DNA of 63,945 nucleotides, filler included, from Octopus bimaculoides (GCF_001194135.2; 5 parts of 5 records of this genome joined end to end with filler, not necessarily neighbours in it); one strand, 5' to 3'; numbered from the whole stretch's first letter, positions 11,618 to 23,199 are shown. Numbers and translations: made by a program. Notes: generated by a model not told the origin, from the sequence alone.

Positions 11618-13004
11618 TCTGAAATTTGGGGGAAGGTGAGTTCTCGATCAGATCTACCCCAGTATCTAACTGGTACTTGTCGATGAAGAACATCGGAATC
11701 AAACGAAGCGTTTACTCCAATCCGCCATTAATTTAATTTCTTTATCGAACCAAGGAGCTACAATAATGGCGGAGATTACCAGAGTGGAATCATATAATTA
11801 TAAGAGTTATATAACTCAGATAGTTGCTGGTACCTTAGCTGTTGTTAAAAATGTTATTAGTTAAAAATTATTATTTTTAGTCACAGTTAAAGCATTATGA
11901 GTCGGTTTCTTTGAAGTGCAGCGAGTGCAAAATATGATAATATTGCGCAGAGTTGCCATATATTTAAACATGAACAAGGAAGCAATTATTGCATGTTAAC
12001 TATTCGAAAAAGATGTGAGATTAGAGGAAGATAGAAAGGGAGAGAGAGAGAGAGAGAGAGGAAAGGATAGAGAGGTTGAGGGAGAGAAAGATAGAGAGAG
12101 AGGGAGAGTGGGGTGGGGGTGGGGGGGTTAGTATTGCGATGATCATTTCTACGTGCGACACAACACTACGAGTGCAGATTGAAGTTTGTTTCACAAANNN
12201 NNNNNNNNNNNNNNNNNNNNNNNNNNNNNNNNNNNNNNNNNTTAATTAATTAANNNNNNNNNNNNNNNNNNNNNNNNNNNNNNNNNNNNNNNNNNNNGTA
12301 CTTATTCTTTGTAAGCCTAGTACTTATTCTATCGGTCTTTTTCGCCGAACCACTAAGTTACGGGGACGTAAACACACCAGCATTGGTTGTCAAGCGATGG
12401 TGGTGGGACAAACCCAGACACACAAATACACACTCACACATATACACGCACGCACATATATATATTTGGGCTTCCTTCAGTTTCCGTCTACCAAATCCAC
12501 TCACAAGGTTTTGGTCGGCCTGAGGCTACAGTAGAAGACACTTGTTCAACGTACCAAACAGTGGGACAGAACCCGGAACCATGTGTTTGGGAAGCAAGCG
12601 TCTTACGCCACAGCCACTCCTGCGCCTCTATATAATATTCGAAAGAGTGTTTCAGTTCTTTCATCACCTACGCCTTTCCTGCATATACCTTCTTTGGGGA
12701 CTCACTAATTAAATTCCCTAATCTGCTATCCTCTAAGTGCTACGAAAGCACAATAACAGACTCTCTCTGCACTGAACATCTCATTTCAAGGTTTTAGAGA
12801 CATTTTACATATGAATACACACGCTCAAACACACCAAAAAAAGTAGTTATCTGTCTTTTTTTCCACAGGAATAGAGCTGCTGTTAGTGAATCACAGATTC
12901 TGCTGTGGGTTGTATGAACACCATAGTGATACAGCCAGCAGCTGTTTTACATTTAGAGAGTTTCCCTTCCTTTCATTGTACAATTTATAAGAATTTCTAC
13001 TTAC

Positions 13005-13203
13005 GTTGTGAGACATGACTTTTCCTTCGGGACAGCCACACTCGTCAATAACTTTATCTTTTTCTTCACACTTCATCATTTGATCAAAGTTTGCACATGT
13101 CTTTTGGCATATTGCTGTCTTTGTGATGTATATTTGATATTTTGGACATATAATTTCATCACAAGATTTTTTCTCGCAATCCCATTCTGCATTGCTGCAT
13201 GTA
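13005..13203 (-). CDS. Internal exon C of the same mucin-like gene; end of VWC-like module and second TIL domain
   Basis: Acceptor ttgctttccattgtag|T, donor AAC|gtaagta. 199 nt, phase 2 to 0, joining exon B as ...CSK-C-TCSNAEWDC. Reads TCSNAEWDCEKKSCDEIICPKYQIYITKTAICQKTCANFDQMMKCEEKDKVIDECGCPEGKVMSHN. Confidence 0.9.
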
Positions 13204-13251
13204 CTACAATGGAAAGCAAAATACATGTGAATGCATATATTGACATTAGTT

Positions 13252-13442
13252 TCAAATTTTGGCACAGGGCCAACAATTTTGGGGAAGGGTGTAAGTCGAT
13301 TACATCGACCTCAGTACTCAACTGCTACTTATTTTATCGACCCCTAAAGGATAAAAGGCAAAGTCGATCTCGGCGGACTTTGAACCTAGAACGTAATGAC
13401 GGAAGAGATGTCGCTAAGCATTTGACCCGGCGTGCCAACGCT
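13252..13442 (-). mobile_element. SINE family A copy, about 50 bp upstream of the exon C acceptor
   Basis: Shares AAATTTTGGCACA...TAAGTCGATTACATCGACC...TTTTATCGACCCC...GGCAAAGTCGA with the other family A copies. Confidence 0.8.
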
Positions 13443-13474
13443 AAATGTAGCGGGACACAACTTTATGTATGCAT

Positions 13475-13579
13475 GTACCTGATGTGAACCAGACTGCACT
13501 GATCGTAGCAACACAATTGGATGCACAACATCCCACCTAAAAAGGACAGTCGCAGGAAGGGTCGAAACGATCGTCGTAC
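13475..13579 (+). ncRNA. Hammerhead-like motif (type I, extended stem II), probably decayed
   Basis: GTAC-CTGATGT-GAACC...GGGTC-GAAAC-GATC-GTC-GTAC. Palindromic stem III ACGATCGT, GUC cleavage triplet, one core mismatch (A9 to U). Confidence 0.5.
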
Positions 13580-14176
13580 TAAATAGATACTAGTACCAAA
13601 TCTATTTTCCGTTTCCTTCATAAATTATATATATATATATATATNNNNNNNNNNNNNNNNNNNNNNNNNNNNNNNNNNNNNNNNNNNNNNNNNNNNNNNN
13701 NNNNNNNNNNNNNNNNNNNNNNNNNNNNNNNNNNNNNNNNNNNNNNNNNNNNNNNNNNNNNNNNNNNNNNNNNNNNNNNNNNNNNNNNNNNNNNNNNNNN
13801 NNNNNNNNNNNNNNNNNNNNNNNNNNNNNNNNNNNNNNNNNNNNNNNNNNNNNNNNNNNNNNNNNNNNNNNNNNNNNNNNNNNNNNNNNNNNNNNNNNNN
13901 NNNNNNNNNNNNNNNNNNNNNNNNNNNNNNNNNNNNNNNNNNNNNNNNNNNNNNNNNNNNNNNNNNNNNNNNNNNNNNNNNNNNNNNNNNNNNNNNNNNN
14001 NNNNNNNNNNNNNNNNNNNNNNNNNNNNNNNNNNNNNNNNNNNNNNNNNNNNNNNNNNNNNNNNNNNNNNNNNNNNNNNNNNNNNNNNNNNNNNNNNNNN
14101 NNNNNNNNNNNNNNNNNNNNNNNNNNNNNNNNNNNNNNNNNNNNNNNNNNNNNNNNNNNNNNNNNNNNNNNNNNNN

Positions 14177-14226
<50 letters not shown>

Positions 14227-14295
14227 TGTATGTATGTATGTATACATATATACATACATACTTACATGTATGCATGTATGGAAGAGAATAGAGAT

Positions 14296-15211
14296 AAATC
14301 AATTAATAATTATTCATCAATTACAAAAATAGACTTAATCTCTGACATCTGTTTCGATTCAAACTTTAGAAATTGATGAGAATAATTATACATATGTTTA
14401 CGTTCTTATATACTTTTATATATATATATACATTTACATAAGTTTTAGCACGCGTTTTGTCCACAGATTATTATATATACTTATTATACATAGGCGTATA
14501 AATATATGCTGATATTCGCGCAGTAGTGGAATTCTAATATGCCTATTTATTTTTCTATTCTCCATTATTTTATTATAAATTTTTGTTGTATCTTTGTTGT
14601 ATCTCTATACATATAAATGCTGTATTGTATTTATATTATACAGGCATTCAAAAATATATATATTTTTACCTTTTATATATCCCTATTTTATATTTATTTT
14701 ATTTACATATTTATACATCTTTATTAACTTCTTATAAATTATTATAAATTTATTTACCCTAATAATTATTTTATAATTAATTATAAGTTAATTAAAAAAT
14801 GAATTAATATATTGCTTATTTTTATACTTTTTTATAACTACACAGAATATATTACTTAAATTCTTATAATTATATTCACCATTACATTTATTTGATACAT
14901 ATACGATATAAATATACGATTTATAACTATACTTTTATTTTTGTTTTTATACTACCTTCTCTAAACATACTACTCTCTCCTTTATAAGGTTTATATCATG
15001 TTCTTTCTATAAAACAATACTCAGTTAGCTGCTACGCTCCGTACACTTAACACAAAAATATAAACATGTAACAGTATATCTTTTTCTACCTCCGACGAGA
15101 TTCAACTTTATAATGTTTTAATTATTCTAATTAATTTCTAAAGTTTGAATCAAAACAGCTGTCAGAGATTATGTCTATTTTCGTAATTAATAAATAATTA
15201 TTAATTGATTT
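14296..15211. mobile_element. AT-rich foldback/MITE-like element with ~79-bp inverted repeats
   Basis: 14296-14374 and 15133-15211 are inverted copies (AATTAATAATTATT...AGAC(T/A)TAATCTCTGACA(T/G)CTGTTT(C/T)GATTCAAACTTTAGAAATT) around an extremely AT-rich interior. No TSD identified. Confidence 0.6.
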
Positions 15212-15365
15212 TCATATTTTTCCTAAATAAATATAAACCTCGGTTTATCTAATTACCTTATTGTTGAATATTAAATATAATATTGAATATTAATAATAGA
15301 TAATATACCAGTAAATTCATTGGATTTTATTATCCCTTAATCAGGTATTTAACCTTTAATTGAAC

Positions 15366-15411
<46 letters not shown>

Positions 15412-15512
15412 NNNNNNNNNNNNNNNNNNNNNNNNNNNNNNNNNNNNNNNNNNNNNNNNNNNNNNNNNNNNNNNNNNNNNNNNNNNNNNNNNNNNNNNNN
15501 NNNNNNNNNNNN

Positions 15513-15579
<67 letters not shown>

Positions 15580-16226
15580 ATACTAAAGACAAAACCAAAT
15601 CTTGATATTTTGATGTTTTGAATATCAACATTTGGCTTTTGTTTATTAAATATTACAAGACTCCATTCTATGAGAAAGTCACCTGTCCTGTCGGAGATTT
15701 TCTGAGTTGTACTAACACTATGTTGACCCTGATTATTCCAGTCATGATTATTCCGTGGTTATTCCATTCATGATGTTAAACCTCTACCCCAAAAGTGGAT
15801 TGGTTGTCTTTTTTCAATACAGGTATTACTCATTTTCGCCAGGTGAGTCGACTAGAGCAAGTGAAATAAAGTGTCTTGTTTAAAATTCTAATGCGCCACC
15901 GGGTATCGAAAACACGACCTTTCGATTGTGAGCCAAATACCCTAAAGGCATTTTGTCAGGCTTTCTAATGATTTTTCTAATCTATCGCATATGATTTGAG
16001 AAATACCGAATGGTTTTGACATAAACACATTGTAATACTGAAAAAAAAAAAAAAAAAAAACCGCAGAAGGTGGGCTTACAAATAGAACATATTTGAATAT
16101 CTAGTGTGCTGTCAAGGTCGGCATAAATCTAAATATCGAACAACAAACACACGCGCAAAGCAAAACAAATAGAAGCGCCACCTCCATCCAGAAATGATTA
16201 AGTAAGAATAAATAAATGAGTGTTAC

Positions 16227-16482
16227 CATTTTGAACAAGCTTTTCTTAACATCTGTCCAGACTTGAATGTTTTGCTTGGTTGCTTCTTATCATAACACGA
16301 ACAATCGGCCAGCGGAACACAATTGCCTGTACTGTCGTAGTGCATATTCTTTGGACATCCACAACCAGGAATACATTCTTCCTGACATTTTCCCTTAATG
16401 GTTGTAAAATCACTGCAGTGACTGCTTTTCAGAGAATGGCAGACTGAGTAGACTTCTGATTTACCAACATCGCACTGAAAGG
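16227..16482 (-). CDS. Internal exon B of the same mucin-like gene; TIL domain and start of VWC-like module
   Basis: Acceptor ctttcgttacag|CC, donor TG|gtaaca. 256 nt, phase 1 to 2, joining exon A as ...NLC-P-FQC. Reads FQCDVGKSEVYSVCHSLKSSHCSDFTTIKGKCQEECIPGCGCPKNMHYDSTGNCVPLADCSCYDKKQPSKTFKSGQMLRKACSK, with the TIL signature C.PGC.CP......G.CVP...C.C. Confidence 0.9.
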
Positions 16483-16734
16483 CTGTAACGAAAGGCAATA
16501 AAACACGTATAACATATTATATTATATACGTATACATACACATACATACACACACACATGCAAACATGCACACGCACATACTCACGCAATCACGCAATCA
16601 CGCACACATATAGCCGTCTAAGAATCCATAAATCAGAAAAAAGCATTGGTATATTTCTCAATAGAATGGATGCATGCCAACTTTAGAAAGGTAAGGCTTA
16701 GAAAACCAAAGGACTTGGCTGTCTGTAAAAATTA

Positions 16735-17265
16735 TATACAATGTGTATTCCAAGAGTCTTCAGACTTTGTTTTTAGGAGACACAGTTATAAATGTCTTAG
16801 ATAATCGTAATTTTAGTATATCATTACCATACAGCTAATAAACTGACCGGCCAACTTCTGTTATTCAATATTGAAGCAGACGCCGGGAACAGCACTTTGA
16901 ACACACCCTACAAAACACTACTTGTTACAACTAAGTAGTTTGCTGAATGCAGTCGGGACGCAAAGACTATTTGGAAGCATACTATGAAATATAGTTTTGT
17001 ATCAAACTGGAACAAAAATGCAACAGAAACTTATGAAATGCTCCAGACTGTCAATGGAGTAAATTGCATGAGCTGAGCATCTGTTTTTCGTTGGCACAAG
17101 AGGGCAGGCAAAGTCGACTGGGGAGCTCATGATAATTCCCTTTTTCGATAACAAGTGCATCGACTACATATACAGGGTTTTCCCCCTCGTCAGGCAGTCA
17201 ACAAAGAGTACTTTGTGGAGGTTTTGAGGGAGTTCAGGAAGAGATTTCGTTGCCCTTTATGAGTC
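16735..17265 (+). mobile_element. Decayed, internally deleted mariner relic in the intron between exons A and B
   Basis: Plus frames read FCIKL..NATETYEMLQTVNGVNCMS*ASVFRWHKR and QAVNKEYFVEVLREFRKRF, typical mariner transposase segments. Ends are approximate. Confidence 0.75.
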
Positions 17266-17666
17266 TGGAGTAGCTTGGCTTTTCAAGCTGTCGGTGCTAA
17301 ATTGCTGTTGAAAATTTATAGAACATCAAGTGAAATAAATTCACTGATCTACAAAATCTGAATTATTGCATTTCTAAACCTCTCAGAGAGAGTTATGCAG
17401 TAGCAGTACGATAAAGTGATGGCACTCCAGACCAATGAAAGGAAACTATCCTGATACTAGTCTCTGGATGCTGTTGGCTTTGTTGGGTGGAGGTACTTAT
17501 CTCCCCTGTTTCAAAACTTCAGGACACAAAACGCTTGTGTCACGCAGCCAACTAGAACCGGAGTTGAGTTTCTTGGGGCTAAATAGCAGTAGCTCTTCCA
17601 TTTCCTGGGACTGGCACATTAAGTTGGCAACAAACCAACACTTTATACATCTATCAACAAACCATC

Positions 17667-17704
<38 letters not shown>

Positions 17705-17952
17705 ATATACACTATGGACTTAGTCCTCGACCCATGATAAAATCGTTGAGACACATTTGTAACATAGATGCTAGGTAGCTTTTACTACTTGATAGAGCCC
17801 ATCCGAGTTTTAGAGAGCTGGGACTATTACAATATAGCAATCTACCAGTCGTTGTAATAATTTGTCCAATACGCTTTATATATAAGTACATACATACCCA
17901 CACACACTCACAAAGGATCAAAGAGCATTCCCGAACCATAAGCTGGTTTCCC

Positions 17953-18017
<65 letters not shown>

Positions 18018-18195
18018 CCCACCCACTTCTGGACGGGAGGCCTTTCCGTCGCAGAATTACTCATTTTTGCCGGCTGAGTGTAGAGTGGAGCAATGTGAAA
18101 TGAAGTGATTTGCTCAAGAACTCTGCAGTAACCCGGCCCAGGAACAGAAACCAGAATCATACGATCATGAGTGCAACACCCTAACCACTAAGCCT

Positions 18196-18252
<57 letters not shown>

Positions 18253-18410
18253 TTGTATGTGTGTATCTGTGTGTGTGTGCATATATATATGTATATGTGT
18301 ATATATGTATATATATGCATATGTATATTTATATATATGATATATGTATATATATGAATATATATGAATATATATCTATATGTATGCATGTATGCATGTA
18401 TGTGTGTATT

Positions 18411-18575
18411 TACGAGGGAAGGGGCTGAAAAGTTCCTGGCTTTATCGCAAAAGTCTGGTTGGAGGCCCAGCCTTCCGAGTTCTTTTACAGCGCTTAGAAA
18501 AACTGAAGGACCGCTGCAATAAGTGCGTGAATTTGATAGGGGAGTTTGTTGAACAAATGTCAGTGTTGTTTTAAA
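18411..18575 (+). mobile_element. Mariner-derived MITE fragment
   Basis: Starts with TACGAGGG..GCTGAAAAGTTCCTGGCTTT, a mariner-like TIR. Followed by RLEKLKDRCNKCVNLIGEFVEQ, resembling the mariner C-terminal end. No matching right TIR was seen. Confidence 0.65.
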
Positions 18576-18769
18576 AGAAGATATTTCGCGACTGCCCTTG
18601 CCACTTCCACTCCGCAAGCATTCAGTCATACTGTAACATCTCTTATCTTTCAATCGCCCTACGAAGCTGGATATCTCGGCAAGTGATTGTAACAAACATG
18701 CAGAATATAAGTAAGTAACAACAACGATAAATCATAATATGTGGTAGTTATAAATTGACTGAATCGTCT

Positions 18770-19355
18770 GGATCTATTTTAAAACGGGGCCCACATTTTT
18801 CATTAATGTTTTACGTAGTGTTTTTGGTACGGAAAGACTTTCAAACTTCGTATACTTATCTATTTTGTGTTATAGAACAGAAAAATATTTTTGTATTCGA
18901 ATTTATTTCATGTAAAAAAATGTCTTATTTCGATAATTTCAACCAATCACTGACAAGTATTCAGTTGTTTACATTTACTCCTTTGGCTGATTAAGCGATG
19001 TAAAGCGTATTTAATCTCCATACCTTCGTTTTATTTGCTTTTTTCATTTTAAATTTGCTTTAACCCTAACCCTAACCCTACGGTTAGGGTTAGGGTTAGG
19101 GTTAGGGTTAGGGTTAATTGTTTCAGAATCGTTTGTTTATGTAGTCGGCACTTAATGTATATCGGCTGAATGGATGTCAGTGATTGGTTGAAATTACAGA
19201 AATACGACAAATTTAACATGGAATAACTTATGGATTTCTTTTTTTTTTAAGAAGACTAAGAGAAAAAGATGTTTTATATGACACATTCTACCAGTGTTCC
19301 AAGTTTCAAAGTGTTTCGTTAATGAAAAATGTGGCCCCCGTTTTAAAAAAGATCC
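18770..19355. mobile_element. Non-autonomous DNA transposon (MITE), Merlin-like, with internal telomeric repeats
   Basis: 37-bp TIRs starting GG (GGATCTATTTTAAAACGGGGCCCACATTTTTCATTAA, 35/37 match). Perfect 8-bp TSD AATCGTCT at 18762-18769 and 19356-19363. 21-bp internal inverted repeat at 18935-18955 and 19175-19195. Confidence 0.8.
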
Positions 19356-19457
19356 AATCGTCTTTTATTATGCGTATACTGGATAACAGCTGACCTGAGA
19401 AAGCAGTGAAAAGGAAAAAAAAACTATCACGAAAACGAACATTGTTTTTATACTTAC

Positions 19458-19698
19458 GGCATAGATTCGACAGCTCCTGAGATTCATACCATTTAATAAA
19501 CTTCCCATTGTCAGCGCATTTCTTAGCATACTCAGAAAGAATATTACAAAATGGGGTGTTTGGACCACTGGCTGATTTTAAGCATGTCTCATGGAGACAG
19601 CGGTCAAAGTATGGCTGGTAGTTGACCACTTCATAACACTGCCCAAACACTTTAGTGTCTTTAATGATATTGCACAACGTTTGAGCCTTTTCAAAGTT
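19458..19698 (-). CDS. Internal exon A of VWD/C8/TIL-family secreted protein (gel-forming mucin / SCO-spondin / hemocytin-like); C8 domain
   Basis: Minus-strand acceptor ttttcgttctatacctatag|AAC, donor C|gtaagta. 241 nt, phase 0 to 1. Reads NFEKAQTLCNIIKDTKVFGQCYEVVNYQPYFDRCLHETCLKSASGPNTPFCNILSEYAKKCADNGKFIKWYESQELSNLC, matching the C8 pattern (F..C...V...PY...C..D/E.C....C..L..YA..C...G....W). Confidence 0.9.
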
Positions 19699-19806
19699 CT
19701 ATAGGTATAGAACGAAAATAAAAGCAAAATTTAAGATCATGAATATATGTCCATATCAATACATATACACAATACACAGACGCAAAAACATACTCACATA
19801 CAAGAG

Positions 19807-19853
<47 letters not shown>

Positions 19854-20837
19854 NNNNNNNNNNNNNNNNNNNNNNNNNNNNNNNNNNNNNNNNNNNNTTA
19901 ATTAATTAANNNNNNNNNNNNNNNNNNNNNNNNNNNNNNNNNNNNNNNNNNNNCCCCGTCTCACCTCACATCCCACCTCCTCCTCCGACCACAATTACAC
20001 ACAGTAATTAATGCATGGAATTTCAATCGGATGAATTAGGAGACTGGAAATTGGGGCAGGTTGAGTCGTGGAAATTCCCGACAACAACTGTTTCTCTCCG
20101 ATGAGTTTTGCAAGGAGGCGAATCTTGCTGTTAACGTATGGTTTTACATTAGCATCCCTGTCCGGCAACACAGTCTCCACAGTCTCCAGCAGCGCATATA
20201 ACCGTTTGAATTCAGCCTAAAGCCCTGTTATATTATGCATGGATGAAATCTAGCGTGCAGGCTCAGTCAGAACGCGCTCTGTGTCCCTTCCTGCTGGCCA
20301 CAGCGTTGTAGTCTCTATTGCAGCTGTCCTTGTAACGTTTCACAGCGTCGTAGTCTCTATTACAGCTGTCCTTGTAACGTATCTAACCTTCTCGGTGATC
20401 CGAAGAGTGTTGTTTTGCTTGGTTTGTAACATTCAGGTGTCGTAAACAGTCTCCGGTTCTATCCCGCAGCAAATTATATGCGTGGCCGATAATGATTGCA
20501 TTATGAGAGCTGCTTCTAATTCGTAATTTAATTTTCTCTCACAGGCACCACGTCGCAGAACATCAGCAAATAGATTTCACTGTATTTGCATACAAGTCGC
20601 AGACCAGCGATTCATTTCGTTTCGAGATGATCCGATTTCATGATAGTGATAAATTACAATAATGGCAAATGTCGGTATCTACCATTCTTGGTTTACCAAG
20701 GCGTGTTTTCTCGCCTGGTCTGTGATATCCAGCTGTTTATTAAAACTCAGCGTCATGTAACAAGCTTTCCCTGTGTGGTATTTTGCAGCGCATTTTAAAT
20801 ATAAGCAAAACACAAACATAATGTATGTGTGACAGAA

Positions 20838-21188
20838 ATGACTGTGTGGTAAGAAGCTTGCTCCTCAACCACATGCTTCTGGGTTCAGTTCCAAGGCGCG
20901 GTAACTTGGGCAAGCGTCTTCTACTATAGCGTCTGGCCGACCGAAGCCTTGTGAATGGAATTAGATGAAAGATGTTCGTTGTATATATGCATATACATAT
21001 ATATGGAGAATTCACAAAAAAAAACAAAAGACGAAGACGAGTGGTGTAGACAACAAACAGATGTAATAGTTTAACGCTCGGGAAGTGAAGAAGTCTGTAA
21101 GGTTTCGGGCCTACGCTCTTCCACAGAAAGGAACACAGAAAGAACCAAAGAGAGAAAATAAAGAATGTGTAGTGGCTAGCGATATATA

Positions 21189-21230
<42 letters not shown>

Positions 21231-21485
21231 TGTGTGTGTCTGTGTCTGTGTGTGTGTGTGTGTGTGTGCGTGCGTGCGTGCGTATGTGTGTATGTGTGTT
21301 TGTGTTTGTCCCCTCACGGTGCTGGTGCATTTACACCCACGTAACCTAGGGGTTCGGTAAAAGGGGTAAATAAAATAAGTACGAGGCTTTTTTTTAAAAA
21401 AAAGGTATTGTATTCGATACATTTGCCTAAAGATTCATCAAAGCGGTGCTCCAACATGGCCGCAGTATAATGACTATTACAAGCA
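20838..21485 (+). mobile_element. SINE family B copy with the hammerhead-like element nested in its internal (TA)n
   Basis: SINE head at 20838-20990, nested element at about 20995-21185, then (TG)n and the SINE tail. Confidence 0.75.
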
Positions 21486-22474
21486 GAAGATAAAAAATAC
21501 AAGATATATACACATACGCGCACACACACGTGTGTGTGTGTGTGCTTGTATTTGTGTGTATGTGTGTTTCCATATCTATATATCATTTATATTGAGAGAT
21601 TGCGATATTGGGATATTTTCTAATGTTCAAAAAAGATGATTCATTACAGCAACTGAAGAACATTGATCATATATTTATAAGTAGATTGTCGTCAACATGC
21701 CTCGTTATGGAAAGCAATATCGAGTACCGAGATTTTGAAAAAAAAAGTAACAAATCAAAAAGAAAAGCAAAAGAAGTGCTTTAAGAAGTTTAAACTTGTG
21801 GGCTAATAGAAACAAGAGATTCTTTATGGACCGATGGCCAATTTGCATCCTTCAATAACTAATTTCAAACAGTATGATTCAAGTGACTTGTTTTTTTTTT
21901 AATGTCATTGGTAGATAGGTTATGTTCTGTTAGAAGACATATATACCAGCATGCATGTCATCGATTGCATTATATTTCCTGTGGCTTAAACAAGTTTTAT
22001 GCAACAGGAAATAAGTTGTACGCAGACTTATTCAAAAGAAATGTGCGAAATATAACTGATAGAGCTTAAGGAAATTGCATTCAAGGATTCTGCGTGGTTG
22101 TAGGGAGTGAAATGTACAAGTCCTCGCTTTCTTCAGTTACAATATAAGAAAAAAGAAATACTTTGAATTTTTGACGCAGTAATAATTAAAAACAATAATA
22201 TAAAAGACTGACTGGAGCGTTCATGAGTTCTCTATTTTAGAGTAAAGTATGATATTTGGCGTATTTATGCTGATGAAATATATTCGACTATACTATGTCG
22301 AGGTGGGATCAATTCTCGTTGGTTATTAGCGTAATAGATAATATTCTAATGGTCTGGCCTTGAATTTAGAAACTAGGTTGTGCTGTATTTGAGAAATCCT
22401 AACAGAAAACCCTGAATATTTCAACGCACATACACACACACACACACACACTCACACACACACACACACACACG

Positions 22475-22522
<48 letters not shown>

Positions 22523-22665
22523 TATATCAAAGAAACAACAAAGCTAAAACCCAAAAATGTATTCATTAGTAAACGATATAATGGTTGTATACTAGATGTA
22601 ATATCAGTTACCTCCGACTTCGAGTAATGGCTGTAAAGCTATATATATATGCATGCATGCGAGCG

Positions 22666-22698
<33 letters not shown>

Positions 22699-23199
22699 GA
22701 ATACATACATACATACATACATACATACATACATACGTACGTACATATATGCATACATACACATATACATATAAACATACACACACATACAAGCATACAT
22801 ATATACATAGACACACACGCACATACACACACACACACACACACAAACATATGTATACTTACATACAACCTCGTACATACACCCTCTCACACACACACAT
22901 ACATGCGAATGTTTGTTATTTTTCTTTCAGTTATAATAAAAGCAATTTTCCATACATTTGTAGTGTGTGAATTTCTTATTCTCATAAAGGATATCATGTG
23001 ATAAGGACAACAAATTTTCGGTCAGTTAAAACATCTGCGGACTGAAATGCATTAAATGTTAATCTTGGCTTTATATAGTCTCTGTTGAGTTAAAATATTC
23101 ATCGAGTGTATGGGTAGGAGTGTAGTGATAATTACAAGCACCAAACATTTCTCAACTTGAAAACCTACACCACACACCAAACGTAGAACAACTTTATCT

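Noticed and set aside
12242-12253. TTAATTAATTAA as a biological motif (homeodomain or PacI site, piggyBac target)
   Set aside because: It is always centred in exactly 44+44 N, so it is an artificial spacer.
14380-15130. Mitochondrial control-region NUMT
   Set aside because: No flanking mitochondrial gene or tRNA was recognisable, and the bounding inverted repeats favour a foldback element. Not fully excluded without BLAST.
19060-19117. Ancestral telomere-telomere fusion site or chromosome end
   Set aside because: Orientation is (CCCTAA)n then (TTAGGG)n, opposite to a fusion, and the array lies inside a TIR/TSD-bounded element.
22262-22300. CTGATGA heptamer as a hammerhead core
   Set aside because: No GAAA or stem III follows (CGAC instead), so it is a chance match.
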